From contig JAUIMK010000002.1 of NCBI GenBank assembly GCA_030432735.1, positions 1-51,080 on the forward strand: DNA of 51,080 bases, written 5' to 3'. The DNA is from a bacterium (lineage in GTDB: Bacteria; Myxococcota_A; UBA9160; UBA4427). Position numbers and translations under genes: made by a program. Below the pieces are notes generated by a model. It saw nothing but the letters and a program-made list of their open reading frames with translations, had not been told where the DNA came from and made no database searches. Below are positions 44,386-51,080 of the stretch, piece after piece (the first letter of the stretch is position 1; each line of letters begins with the position of its first letter).

Positions 44386-45531
44386 ATGTCGCCTCGCCGC
44401 CGCTACCAGCTCCGCCGTTCCGACCTGAACGAGCGGATCGATGATCTGATCCAGGCCGCTTCCCCGGACGGGACCGAGCCCGACGACGCCGAGCTGGTCC
44501 GCCAGCTGCTGACGACGGGGATCCACCTGCTGCGCGACGGCACGTCTCGCGCGGAGCTCAAGCTCGTGAACAGCGCGCTCAAGGAGCTGCGCCACGCCTT
44601 CCGCGTGTTCGCTCCCTACTCCGAGACCCGCAAGGTCGCGGTCTTCGGGAGCGCGCGGACGCAGCCGGATCATCCCGACTACCGGCAGGCCCACGCCTTC
44701 GCCCATGCGATGACGGAGCACGGCTGGATGGCGATCACCGGCGCCGGCGACGGGATCATGGGCGCGGCGCAGGGCGGGGCCGGCCGCGCGTCGTCCTTCG
44801 GCGTGAACATCCGCCTCCCCTTCGAGCAGGCGGCGAACGAGACGATCGCCGGCGACGAGAAGCTGATCAACTTCCGATACTTCTTCACGCGCAAGGTCGT
44901 CTTCGTGAAGGAGTCCCACGCGATCGCGCTCTTTCCGGGCGGCTTCGGGACCCACGACGAGGGTCTCGAAGCGCTGACGCTGATTCAGACGGGGAAGGGC
45001 GAGATGGTTCCGGTCGTCTTCGTCGACGAGCCCGGCGGGAGCTACTGGCACGACTGGAAGGTCTGGATGGAGACGCATCTGCGTGACCGCGGCCTGATCA
45101 GCCCCGACGACATGAACCTCTTCCGCGTGACGGACTCGGTCGACGTCGCCGTGGCCGAGATCGAAGGGTTCTACCGCAACTACCACTCGAGCCGGTATCT
45201 GGACGGGAAGCTGGTGATGCGGCTGCACGAAGCCCCGAGCGACGAGCAGCTCGAGGCTCTGAACGAAGAGTTCGGCGCGCTCCTGGCTTCCGGAAGGATC
45301 GAGCGAACCGACCCCCACAGCGAGGAGGACCGTCTCCTCGCCGACCTTCCGCGGCTCTGCCTGCATTTCGACCGCAGGCGGGTCGGTCTGCTCCGTGCCC
45401 TGATCGACCGCCTGAACGAGTTCGCCGAAGAGGCGGCGCCGCCGGACGACGCGCGCCGCCGGGCGCTCTTCGAGATGCCCTTCACCGAGGCCGAGCAGGC
45501 GGCGGAAGAGTTCGAAGCCGACGTCGAATAG
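44386..45531 (+). CDS. LOG family (TIGR00730-type) nucleotide 5'-monophosphate nucleosidase-like protein with N- and C-terminal extensions
   Basis: 381-aa ORF. It has the LOG core (VAVFGSAR, ITGAGDGIMGAA, FPGGFGTHDEGLEALT). About 70 aa N-terminal and about 110 aa C-terminal extensions flank the core. Confidence 0.8.
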   Translation: MSPRRRYQLRRSDLNERIDDLIQAASPDGTEPDDAELVRQLLTTGIHLLRDGTSRAELKLVNSALKELRHAFRVFAPYSETRKVAVFGSARTQPDHPDYRQAHAFAHAMTEHGWMAITGAGDGIMGAAQGGAGRASSFGVNIRLPFEQAANETIAGDEKLINFRYFFTRKVVFVKESHAIALFPGGFGTHDEGLEALTLIQTGKGEMVPVVFVDEPGGSYWHDWKVWMETHLRDRGLISPDDMNLFRVTDSVDVAVAEIEGFYRNYHSSRYLDGKLVMRLHEAPSDEQLEALNEEFGALLASGRIERTDPHSEEDRLLADLPRLCLHFDRRRVGLLRALIDRLNEFAEEAAPPDDARRRALFEMPFTEAEQAAEEFEADVE

Positions 45532-45664
45532 ACGCGCGACGGCCGCGGCGAGGCGGGATCGGGCGCCCTAGGATTGGGGCCGCAGCCCGCCGCCCGTTCC
45601 GGGTGGGCTTCGGCCGCGGCCGGTCCGGCCGTGCGCCGCGCGCCGGGTGCCGAGAGGATTCGAG

Positions 45665-46858
45665 ATGGGGAAACGAGACGCCGCCCTGGTCGGCTTCACC
45701 GAGTGGGCGCCCGCACGGAAATGGGAACGCCCGATGTTCGGCATGGAAGCCTGCGCGGCTCTCGCCGCGGAGGCTCTCGCGGACGCGGGGATCGAGAAGG
45801 AAGCCGTGGACGGTCTCGTGACCGGCGGACTGCAGGACTCGCCGATGTTCTCTCCGCTCGCGCTGGCGGAGTACCTCGACGTCCAGACCCACTTCAGCGA
45901 GCAGGTGGACATCGGCGGTGCGAGCTCCGCCGGAATGATCTGGCGCGCCGCGGCCGCGATCGAAGTCGGTCTCTGCGACACGGTGCTCGTGCTCGTTCCG
46001 TCCACGCCGCCTCCGCCCCAGGCGGGCGCGGAGGCGCGCAAGATGGTGATGCCGCCCTACCTGGCGGGCGACGCCTGGGGATCACCGCAGGGCATCTACG
46101 ACATTCCCTACGGGCTGGTCGCGGCGGCACCGTCCTTCGCGATGGTCGCGACCGCCTACATGGATGCGTACGGCGTGACCGCGGAGCAGCTCGCGAAGAT
46201 CGCGGTCGACGAGCGCAACAGCGCGCTCAAGAACCCGAAGGCCGTCTTCAAGGACAAGCCGATCACCGTCGACGACGTGCTCGCGTCGCCGATGGTCTGC
46301 GACCCGGTCCATCTGCTCGAGATGGTGATGCCGTGCTTCGGCGGGGGCGCCGTGGTCGTGACGAACGCCGAGCGGGCGAAGACGACGAAGCATCGGCCGG
46401 TCTTCCTCTCCGGCTACGGCGAGTACGTGAGCCACAAGACCGTGACCTACATGAAGGACATCACCCGGACGCCGGCGAAGCCCGCGGCGGACCAGGCCTT
46501 CGCCATGGCGGGGCTCGATCGCGCCGACGTCGACCTCTGCTCGTTCTACGACTGCTTCACGATCACGGTGCTCGCGACCCTCGAGGACACCGGATTCGCG
46601 CCGAAGGGGCAGGGCGGGCCCTGGGTCGCCGAGCGTGATCTCTCCTTCGCCGGCGACTTCCCGCTCAACACCCACGGCGGGCAGCTCGGCATGGGGCAGG
46701 GGGGCGCGGCCGGGGGTCTCTCCCACGTGATCGATGCGATGACCCAGCTGCAGGGCCGCGCGGAGGATCGGCAGCTCGCCAGGGCGGACAAGGCCTACGT
46801 GACCGGCGTCGGCGGGCTGATGGCTTCGAACGTCGGCCTCGTGCTGGAGGGCGCGTGA
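45665..46858 (+). CDS. Thiolase-fold (SCP-x / lipid-transfer-protein-like) protein, apparently lacking the canonical Cys nucleophile
   Basis: ORF 45647..46858. I prefer ATG 45665 (MGKRDAALVG...) after GAGAGGA. The overall pattern is SCP2-thiolase-like (…NTHGGQLGMGQGGAAGG…). The segment at the expected nucleophile position reads DIGGASSAGM. Confidence 0.8.
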   Translation: MGKRDAALVGFTEWAPARKWERPMFGMEACAALAAEALADAGIEKEAVDGLVTGGLQDSPMFSPLALAEYLDVQTHFSEQVDIGGASSAGMIWRAAAAIEVGLCDTVLVLVPSTPPPPQAGAEARKMVMPPYLAGDAWGSPQGIYDIPYGLVAAAPSFAMVATAYMDAYGVTAEQLAKIAVDERNSALKNPKAVFKDKPITVDDVLASPMVCDPVHLLEMVMPCFGGGAVVVTNAERAKTTKHRPVFLSGYGEYVSHKTVTYMKDITRTPAKPAADQAFAMAGLDRADVDLCSFYDCFTITVLATLEDTGFAPKGQGGPWVAERDLSFAGDFPLNTHGGQLGMGQGGAAGGLSHVIDAMTQLQGRAEDRQLARADKAYVTGVGGLMASNVGLVLEGA

Positions 46859-47280
46859 TGCAGGTCGAGCAACCCTTCTCCGAATCCGGGAGACCGATCC
46901 CGCGCCGGACCCCGACGAGCGCACCCTTCCTGGACGGCGCGCGCGAGGGACGACTCCATCTCCAGCGTTGTCCGCGCGACGGCTTCTTCTTCTATCCGCG
47001 GCCGCGCTGTCCCGTGTGCCTCGGCGACGACTGGTCCTGGGAGGACGCGAGCGGTCGCGGCCGCGTCTACTCCTTCACGGTCGATCGCGTCGGTCTCGAT
47101 CCGGCCCAGCGGGAACGTCTCCCGCTGGTCGTCGCCATCATCGAGCTCGACGAGGGCCCGCGCATGACTTCGAACGTCGTGGGCTGCGCGCCGGAGGACG
47201 TGAAGGTCGGCATGCCCGTCGAAGCGACCTTCGAGGATCTCGGCTCCGAGACGCTCGTCCTCTTCCGGCCGGCGGGCTGA
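46855..47280 (+). CDS. Zn-ribbon + OB-fold protein (DUF35 family)
   Basis: 141-aa ORF whose start overlaps the thiolase stop (GTGATG). It has a rubredoxin-like CxxxxxxxxxxxCPVC (LQRCPRDGFFFYPRPRCPVC) followed by an OB-fold segment (GRVYSFTV...). Confidence 0.8.
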   Translation: MMQVEQPFSESGRPIPRRTPTSAPFLDGAREGRLHLQRCPRDGFFFYPRPRCPVCLGDDWSWEDASGRGRVYSFTVDRVGLDPAQRERLPLVVAIIELDEGPRMTSNVVGCAPEDVKVGMPVEATFEDLGSETLVLFRPAG

Positions 47281-47368
47281 GGCTCCCGCGCCCGACCGTC
47301 TCCCCCGACGCCCCCACCTCCGTACCCGGCCGCCCACGCGAGCCACCCAGCAAGGAGTCCTCCTTCCC

Positions 47369-48235
47369 ATGAAGTTCGTCATCTCCGCCGCCTTCCAGCC
47401 GCCGGAGCACCTCGTTCCGATCGCCCAGGCCGCCGACGAGGCCGGCTACGAAGCCATCGCTTCGTCCGATCACGCCGTCTATCCCGAGACCCTCGACACG
47501 CCCTATCCCTACACGGAGGACGGAACGCGACGCTACGACGAGACGTCGCATTTTCCGGCGCCCTGGGTGCTCGCCGGCGCCCTCGCGACGGCCACGAAGC
47601 GGATCCGCTTCACGACGAACGTCTACGTCCTGCCGATGCGCAATCCGTTCCTGGCGGCGAAGGAGATCGCCACCGCGGCGGCGTTGTCGAACGACCGCGT
47701 GACCGTCACGATCGGCGTCGGCTGGTCGAACCTCGAGTTCAATCTCGTCGAGCAGCAATTCAAGCGACGCGGAGCGCGCTGCGACGAGATGATCGAGGTG
47801 ATGAAGAAGGCGTGGAGCGGCGAGTGGATCGACCACGACGGCGAGTTCTACCAGTTCGACCGGTTGAAGCTGACGCCGCCGATTCCTTCGGCGCCGATTC
47901 CGATCTGGGTCGGCGGGATCTCCGACTTCGCGCTCAAGCGCGCTGCGCGTAACGACGGCTGGCTCTCGGACCTGCAGACGACCGACGAGATCATCGAGTG
48001 CATCCGCAAGGTGCGCGCGTACCGAAAGGACCTCGGCAAGAGCGAGGATTGCGACGTGATGGCGAGCGCCTCCGACGCGGCCGGGATCGACGGGTACGCG
48101 CGGCTCGGGGACGGCGGTGTCAATCACATCCTGACGATGCCGTGGGTCTTCTATCACGGGATGACGGACGACCTCGACCAGAAGGTCGACGGGATCAAGC
48201 GATTCGCCGACGACGTGATCGCGAAGATGAGCTGA
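47369..48235 (+). CDS. LLM class flavin/F420-dependent oxidoreductase (paralog of 7827..8723)
   Basis: 288-aa ORF (MKFVISAAF...) preceded by AAGGAG. It has the LLM blocks (IRFTTNVYVLPMRNPF, VTVTIGVGW, IPIWVGGISDFALKRAA). Confidence 0.85.
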   Translation: MKFVISAAFQPPEHLVPIAQAADEAGYEAIASSDHAVYPETLDTPYPYTEDGTRRYDETSHFPAPWVLAGALATATKRIRFTTNVYVLPMRNPFLAAKEIATAAALSNDRVTVTIGVGWSNLEFNLVEQQFKRRGARCDEMIEVMKKAWSGEWIDHDGEFYQFDRLKLTPPIPSAPIPIWVGGISDFALKRAARNDGWLSDLQTTDEIIECIRKVRAYRKDLGKSEDCDVMASASDAAGIDGYARLGDGGVNHILTMPWVFYHGMTDDLDQKVDGIKRFADDVIAKMS

Positions 48236-48248
48236 GGCGGGGGCCCGG

Positions 48249-49268
48249 GTGCGCGCTGCGACACGGATCGGCATCGCCCTCGGCGTCCTGACCGGCGCGC
48301 TCGCGGCGGTCGTCTGGAGCTTCACGTTCACGCCCCTCGGAAGGCTCGACCTGCCTGCTGCGGTGCTCGCGAAGCTGTCGACGCTCGACGGCGACGCCCC
48401 GATGGACTTCTCGCCGGAGCGGCGGGCGGCGGCGAACGAGATGACCCGCTCGCTCACGGCGATCGACCCGGTCGACGTGGACGTCGCGTTCGAGGATCGA
48501 CGGGTCCCTGGCCCCGGCGGTGGCGTTCCCGTCCGCATCTACACGCCGCCGTCGGACGAGCCCCTTCCGTTCTATCTGGACATCCATGGCGGCGGTTGGT
48601 GGATGGGCGACGGCTTCGTGATGCACGACCGGATGCGCGTGCTGGCGAGCGCCGTGCCCGCGATCGTGGTCTCCGTCGACTATCGCCTGGCACCCGAGCA
48701 TCCCTATCCGGCGGCGCTCGAGGACTGCGAGGCGGTGCTGCGTTGGATCGCCGAAGAGGGCGCGGCGCTCGGAGGGGATCCGTCGCGGATCGCGATCGGC
48801 GGGGCGAGCGCGGGCGGCAACCTCGCCGCGGCCCTCGCGCTCAAGATGCGCGACGAGGGCGGGCCCCCGATCGCCTCGCAGTATCTGGTCGTGCCGGCGA
48901 CCGATCTCTCCGGCACCCGCGAATGGCGCTCCTACGAGGAAGCCTACGAAGGGTACGTGCTGACCGTTCCGGACATCGAGCAGATGATCGACGCCTACGT
49001 CCCCGACCCACGCCAGCGCATGGACCCGTACGTGAGCCCGCTCCTCGAGGGGCGACTCGAAGGACTTCCGCCGACCCTCGTCGTGACGGCGCTCTTCGAT
49101 CCGCTCCGTGACCAGGGCGAAGCCTACGCGCGGCGCCTCGAAGACTCGGGCGTTCCGGTGACGCTCCACCGCGAGGACGCGCTGCACGGATTCCTGGGCT
49201 CGCCGGCGCGCGCCGATCGCGTCCAGGCGATGGCGATCGAGTTCGTGCGTCGCACCCTCCATCCCTGA
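48249..49268 (+). CDS. Alpha/beta hydrolase, hormone-sensitive-lipase-like esterase/lipase family
   Basis: 339-aa ORF with a GTG start. It has an N-terminal hydrophobic anchor or signal, the HGGGW oxyanion motif (LDIHGGGWWMG), the GxSxG nucleophile (GGASAGGN) and a DPLRD / H (ALHGF) triad context. Confidence 0.85.
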   Translation: MRAATRIGIALGVLTGALAAVVWSFTFTPLGRLDLPAAVLAKLSTLDGDAPMDFSPERRAAANEMTRSLTAIDPVDVDVAFEDRRVPGPGGGVPVRIYTPPSDEPLPFYLDIHGGGWWMGDGFVMHDRMRVLASAVPAIVVSVDYRLAPEHPYPAALEDCEAVLRWIAEEGAALGGDPSRIAIGGASAGGNLAAALALKMRDEGGPPIASQYLVVPATDLSGTREWRSYEEAYEGYVLTVPDIEQMIDAYVPDPRQRMDPYVSPLLEGRLEGLPPTLVVTALFDPLRDQGEAYARRLEDSGVPVTLHREDALHGFLGSPARADRVQAMAIEFVRRTLHP

Positions 49269-49271
49269 CCC

Positions 49272-49420
49272 GACTTCGCGCTCCCGGCGTCGAAGCTGTC
49301 CGGCTCGACATTCGCGCTCCCGGCGCCGAAGCTGTCCGGCTCGACATTCGCGCTCCCGGCGCCGAAGCTGTCCGGCTCGACATTCGCGCTCCCGGCGCCG
49401 AAGCTCTCTGACTCGACACT
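49272..49420 (+). repeat. 36-bp tandem repeat, 4 copies plus a partial fifth (unit GACATTCGCGCTCCCGGCGCCGAAGCTGTCCGGCTC)
   Basis: Copy starts are at 49272 (35 nt, 1 deletion + 1 mismatch), 49307, 49343 (copies 2 and 3 identical), 49379 (3 mismatches) and 49415 (partial). The array fills the whole esterase-DUF3604 spacer and ends 15 nt before ATG 49435. Confidence 0.9.
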
Positions 49421-49434
49421 CCGAGGAGGCTCCC

Positions 49435-51080
49435 ATGAGCGGACCGAAGGTCTTCGCCCCGACAACCGTCGCTCTCGTCCTCGTCGCGGCCTTTGCCGCG
49501 ACGGCGACCGCGGCCGATCGCCCCTATCCGGTCACGGAGGAGCGCGAGCCCTGCCGCGCCTACGATCCGCTGCGCCGCCCGCTCTTCGGGGACACCCACG
49601 TGCACACCGCGTATTCCCACGACGCGAGCACCCAGGACACCCGCGCCACGCCGCGCGATGCCTATCGGTTCGCGAAGGGAGAGCCGCTCGGAATCCAGCC
49701 CTTCGACGAGAACGGGAAGGGAGGCCGAACGGTCCAGCTCCATCGCCCCCTCGACTGGACCGCGCTCTCCGACCACTCCGAGATGCTGGGGGAGGTCCGG
49801 ATCTGCCACGACCCGGAACACCCGGAGTACGACAGCGACGTCTGCTGGAACAAGCGGAACGCACCGCTCCCCCTGCTCGGATTCCTGGCCCGGCTGCAGG
49901 CGGGCGAGCGTCACAAGATGTGCGGCGAGGGCGCCGAGCTCTGTTATGCGGCGGCGCGCAGTGCCTGGAAGGACATCCAGGCCGCCGCGGAGGAGGCCTA
50001 CGACCGGAGCGCCGCCTGCTCGTTCACCAGCCTGATCGGCTACGAATGGACGAGCTCCCTCGGCGGGAACCTCCACCGCAACGTGCTCTTCCGGAACCAC
50101 CTCGTTCCCGCCTACGCCCAGTCCTCCTACGACACGAAGAGCGCCTTCCGCCTCTTCGAGCTCCTCGAAGAGGAATGCGTCGAAGGAATTCCGGGCTGTG
50201 ACGCCGTCGTCATCCCCCACAACTCGAACCTCTCCTCCGACGGCTACATGTTCGAGTCGAGCCGGATCGTGACCGAGGCGGAGCACGGCCATCCCTTCGA
50301 CGCCGAGGCAGCCCGTTTGCGGAACCGCTTCGAGCGCGTGATCGAGATCATGCAGCACAAGGGCGATTCCGAGTGCCTGCTCGGGGGCGACACGACCGAC
50401 GAGGCCTGCGGCTTCGAGAAGCTTCCCTACGACAACATGTCCGGCGCGATCGGCATGCCGAAGATCCCGCCGAAGCGTGCGGCGATGGTCCGCGAGGGCC
50501 TCAAGAAGGGCCTGCTCCTCGACGCGGAGCTCGGCGTCAACCCGATGAAGTACGGCATCATCGCGAGCACCGACACCCATCTCGGCACCCCGGGCCTCGT
50601 CGCCGAAGACGGACACGTCGGACACGGCGGGGCGTCCCGCGTCGCCTCGCCCGCCGTCCCGCCCGGGATTCCCGACCACGTCGAGATGAACCCGGGCGGG
50701 CTCGCGGTCGTCTGGGCCGAGGAGAACACCCGGGATTCGATCTTCGAGGCGCTCTCCCGACGGGAGACCTACGGCACGAGCGGGACGCGACCCGAGGTGC
50801 GCTTCTTCGGCGGCTGGGACTACCCCGAGGACGCGTGCTCGACGGGGAACCTGGCGAGCGTCGGCTACACGCAGGGCGTGCCGATGGGCGGAGATCTCGA
50901 GGCGCGGCCGGAGGGGGCAGGCGCGCCGACCTTCCTCGTCTCGGCGCTCCAGGATCCCGGGACGGCCGCTCGCCCGGGGACCCCGCTCCAGCGGATCCAG
51001 ATCGTGAAGGCCTGGACCGAAGACGGCGAAGCGCGGGAGCAGGTCTACGACGTGGCCGGCGGACCGAACGACGCGACGGT
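49435..51080 (+). CDS. Secreted DUF3604 domain-containing protein, paralog 3 (Cys-rich variant); 3' end beyond the window
   Basis: It is not in the ORF track because there is no stop in the window. ATG 49435 follows GAGGAGG. My translation gives MSGPKVFAPTTVALVLVAAFAATATA-ADRPYPV... with the blocks FGDTHVHTAYSHDA, DWTALSDHSEM, IGYEWTSS, NLHRNVLF, IPHNSNLSSDG, MQHKGDSEC, ASTDTHLG, RETYGTSGTRPEVRFFGGW and QRIQIVKAW. Confidence 0.85.
   Translation, partial: MSGPKVFAPTTVALVLVAAFAATATAADRPYPVTEEREPCRAYDPLRRPLFGDTHVHTAYSHDASTQDTRATPRDAYRFAKGEPLGIQPFDENGKGGRTVQLHRPLDWTALSDHSEMLGEVRICHDPEHPEYDSDVCWNKRNAPLPLLGFLARLQAGERHKMCGEGAELCYAAARSAWKDIQAAAEEAYDRSAACSFTSLIGYEWTSSLGGNLHRNVLFRNHLVPAYAQSSYDTKSAFRLFELLEEECVEGIPGCDAVVIPHNSNLSSDGYMFESSRIVTEAEHGHPFDAEAARLRNRFERVIEIMQHKGDSECLLGGDTTDEACGFEKLPYDNMSGAIGMPKIPPKRAAMVREGLKKGLLLDAELGVNPMKYGIIASTDTHLGTPGLVAEDGHVGHGGASRVASPAVPPGIPDHVEMNPGGLAVVWAEENTRDSIFEALSRRETYGTSGTRPEVRFFGGWDYPEDACSTGNLASVGYTQGVPMGGDLEARPEGAGAPTFLVSALQDPGTAARPGTPLQRIQIVKAWTEDGEAREQVYDVAGGPNDAT

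Noticed and set aside
49272-49420. Possible CRISPR array (36-bp repeats); the same question applies to 34506-34567
   Set aside because: The repeat units abut directly with no spacers, and there are no cas genes in the window. These are tandem repeats, not CRISPR.
48841-50679. 612-aa minus-strand ORF
   Set aside because: It is antisense to the esterase 3' end and to DUF3604 paralog 3. The + frame from ATG 49435 reproduces all DUF3604 blocks even though it is missing from the ORF track for lack of a stop in the window.
1-51080. Mobile genetic element, prophage or defence island
   Set aside because: No integrase, transposase, IS inverted repeats, tRNA attachment site, restriction-modification, toxin-antitoxin or cas genes were recognisable. 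Composition is uniformly high-GC apart from short promoter-like patches. The one STAND NTPase carries DNA-binding output domains typical of transcription factors, not defence effectors.

Overview
High-GC (roughly two-thirds G+C by eye), gene-dense bacterial chromosomal window. The gene content looks like uncultured Myxococcota, Deltaproteobacteria or Binatota-type lineages, but this taxonomic guess is inference only. I support about 42 protein-coding genes. I found no rRNA, tRNA, CRISPR array, transposase, integrase or phage gene. The ORF track contains many long antisense shadow ORFs typical of high-GC DNA. I chose strand and frame by recognisable motifs, Shine-Dalgarno sequences and start/stop coupling.

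The content is a paralog-rich lipid and xenobiotic metabolism region:
- 3 secreted DUF3604 metallohydrolase paralogs
- 2 PAPS-type sulfotransferases
- 2 convergent D-aminoacylase-family amidohydrolases
- 2 LLM oxidoreductases
- 2 crotonases
- 3 SDRs
- 2 NTF2-like proteins
- PlsB, a lysophospholipid acyltransferase and an acyltransferase-3 protein
- a pqiA/A/B/C lipid-transport operon
- a thiolase-like/DUF35 pair
- a ThDP enzyme
- a LOG-family protein

Most interesting signals:
1. A ~125-nt structured non-coding element sits directly after the stop codons of two diverged DUF3604 paralogs. It is about 91% identical between copies, far better conserved than the adjoining coding sequence.
2. Three different tandem-repeat arrays lie next to DUF3604 loci: an 18-bp array, a (GGGGCC)6 tract and a 36-bp x4 array.
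3. A 1087-aa MalT-like STAND ATPase carries a C-terminal rather than N-terminal SARP (wHTH+BTAD) module. It is translationally coupled to a rhodanese and diverges from a secreted choice-of-anchor-Q/PEP-CTERM-like protein plus DUF3604 operon.
4. A near-consensus sigma-54 promoter with an upstream 14-bp perfect dyad drives an acyltransferase-3 gene that lies next to a receiver-less sigma-54 enhancer-binding protein.
5. A seven-gene co-directional cluster runs sulfotransferase-SDR-SDR-crotonase-LLM-EthD-DUF3604.

All functional calls come from motif recognition by eye. No database search was run.
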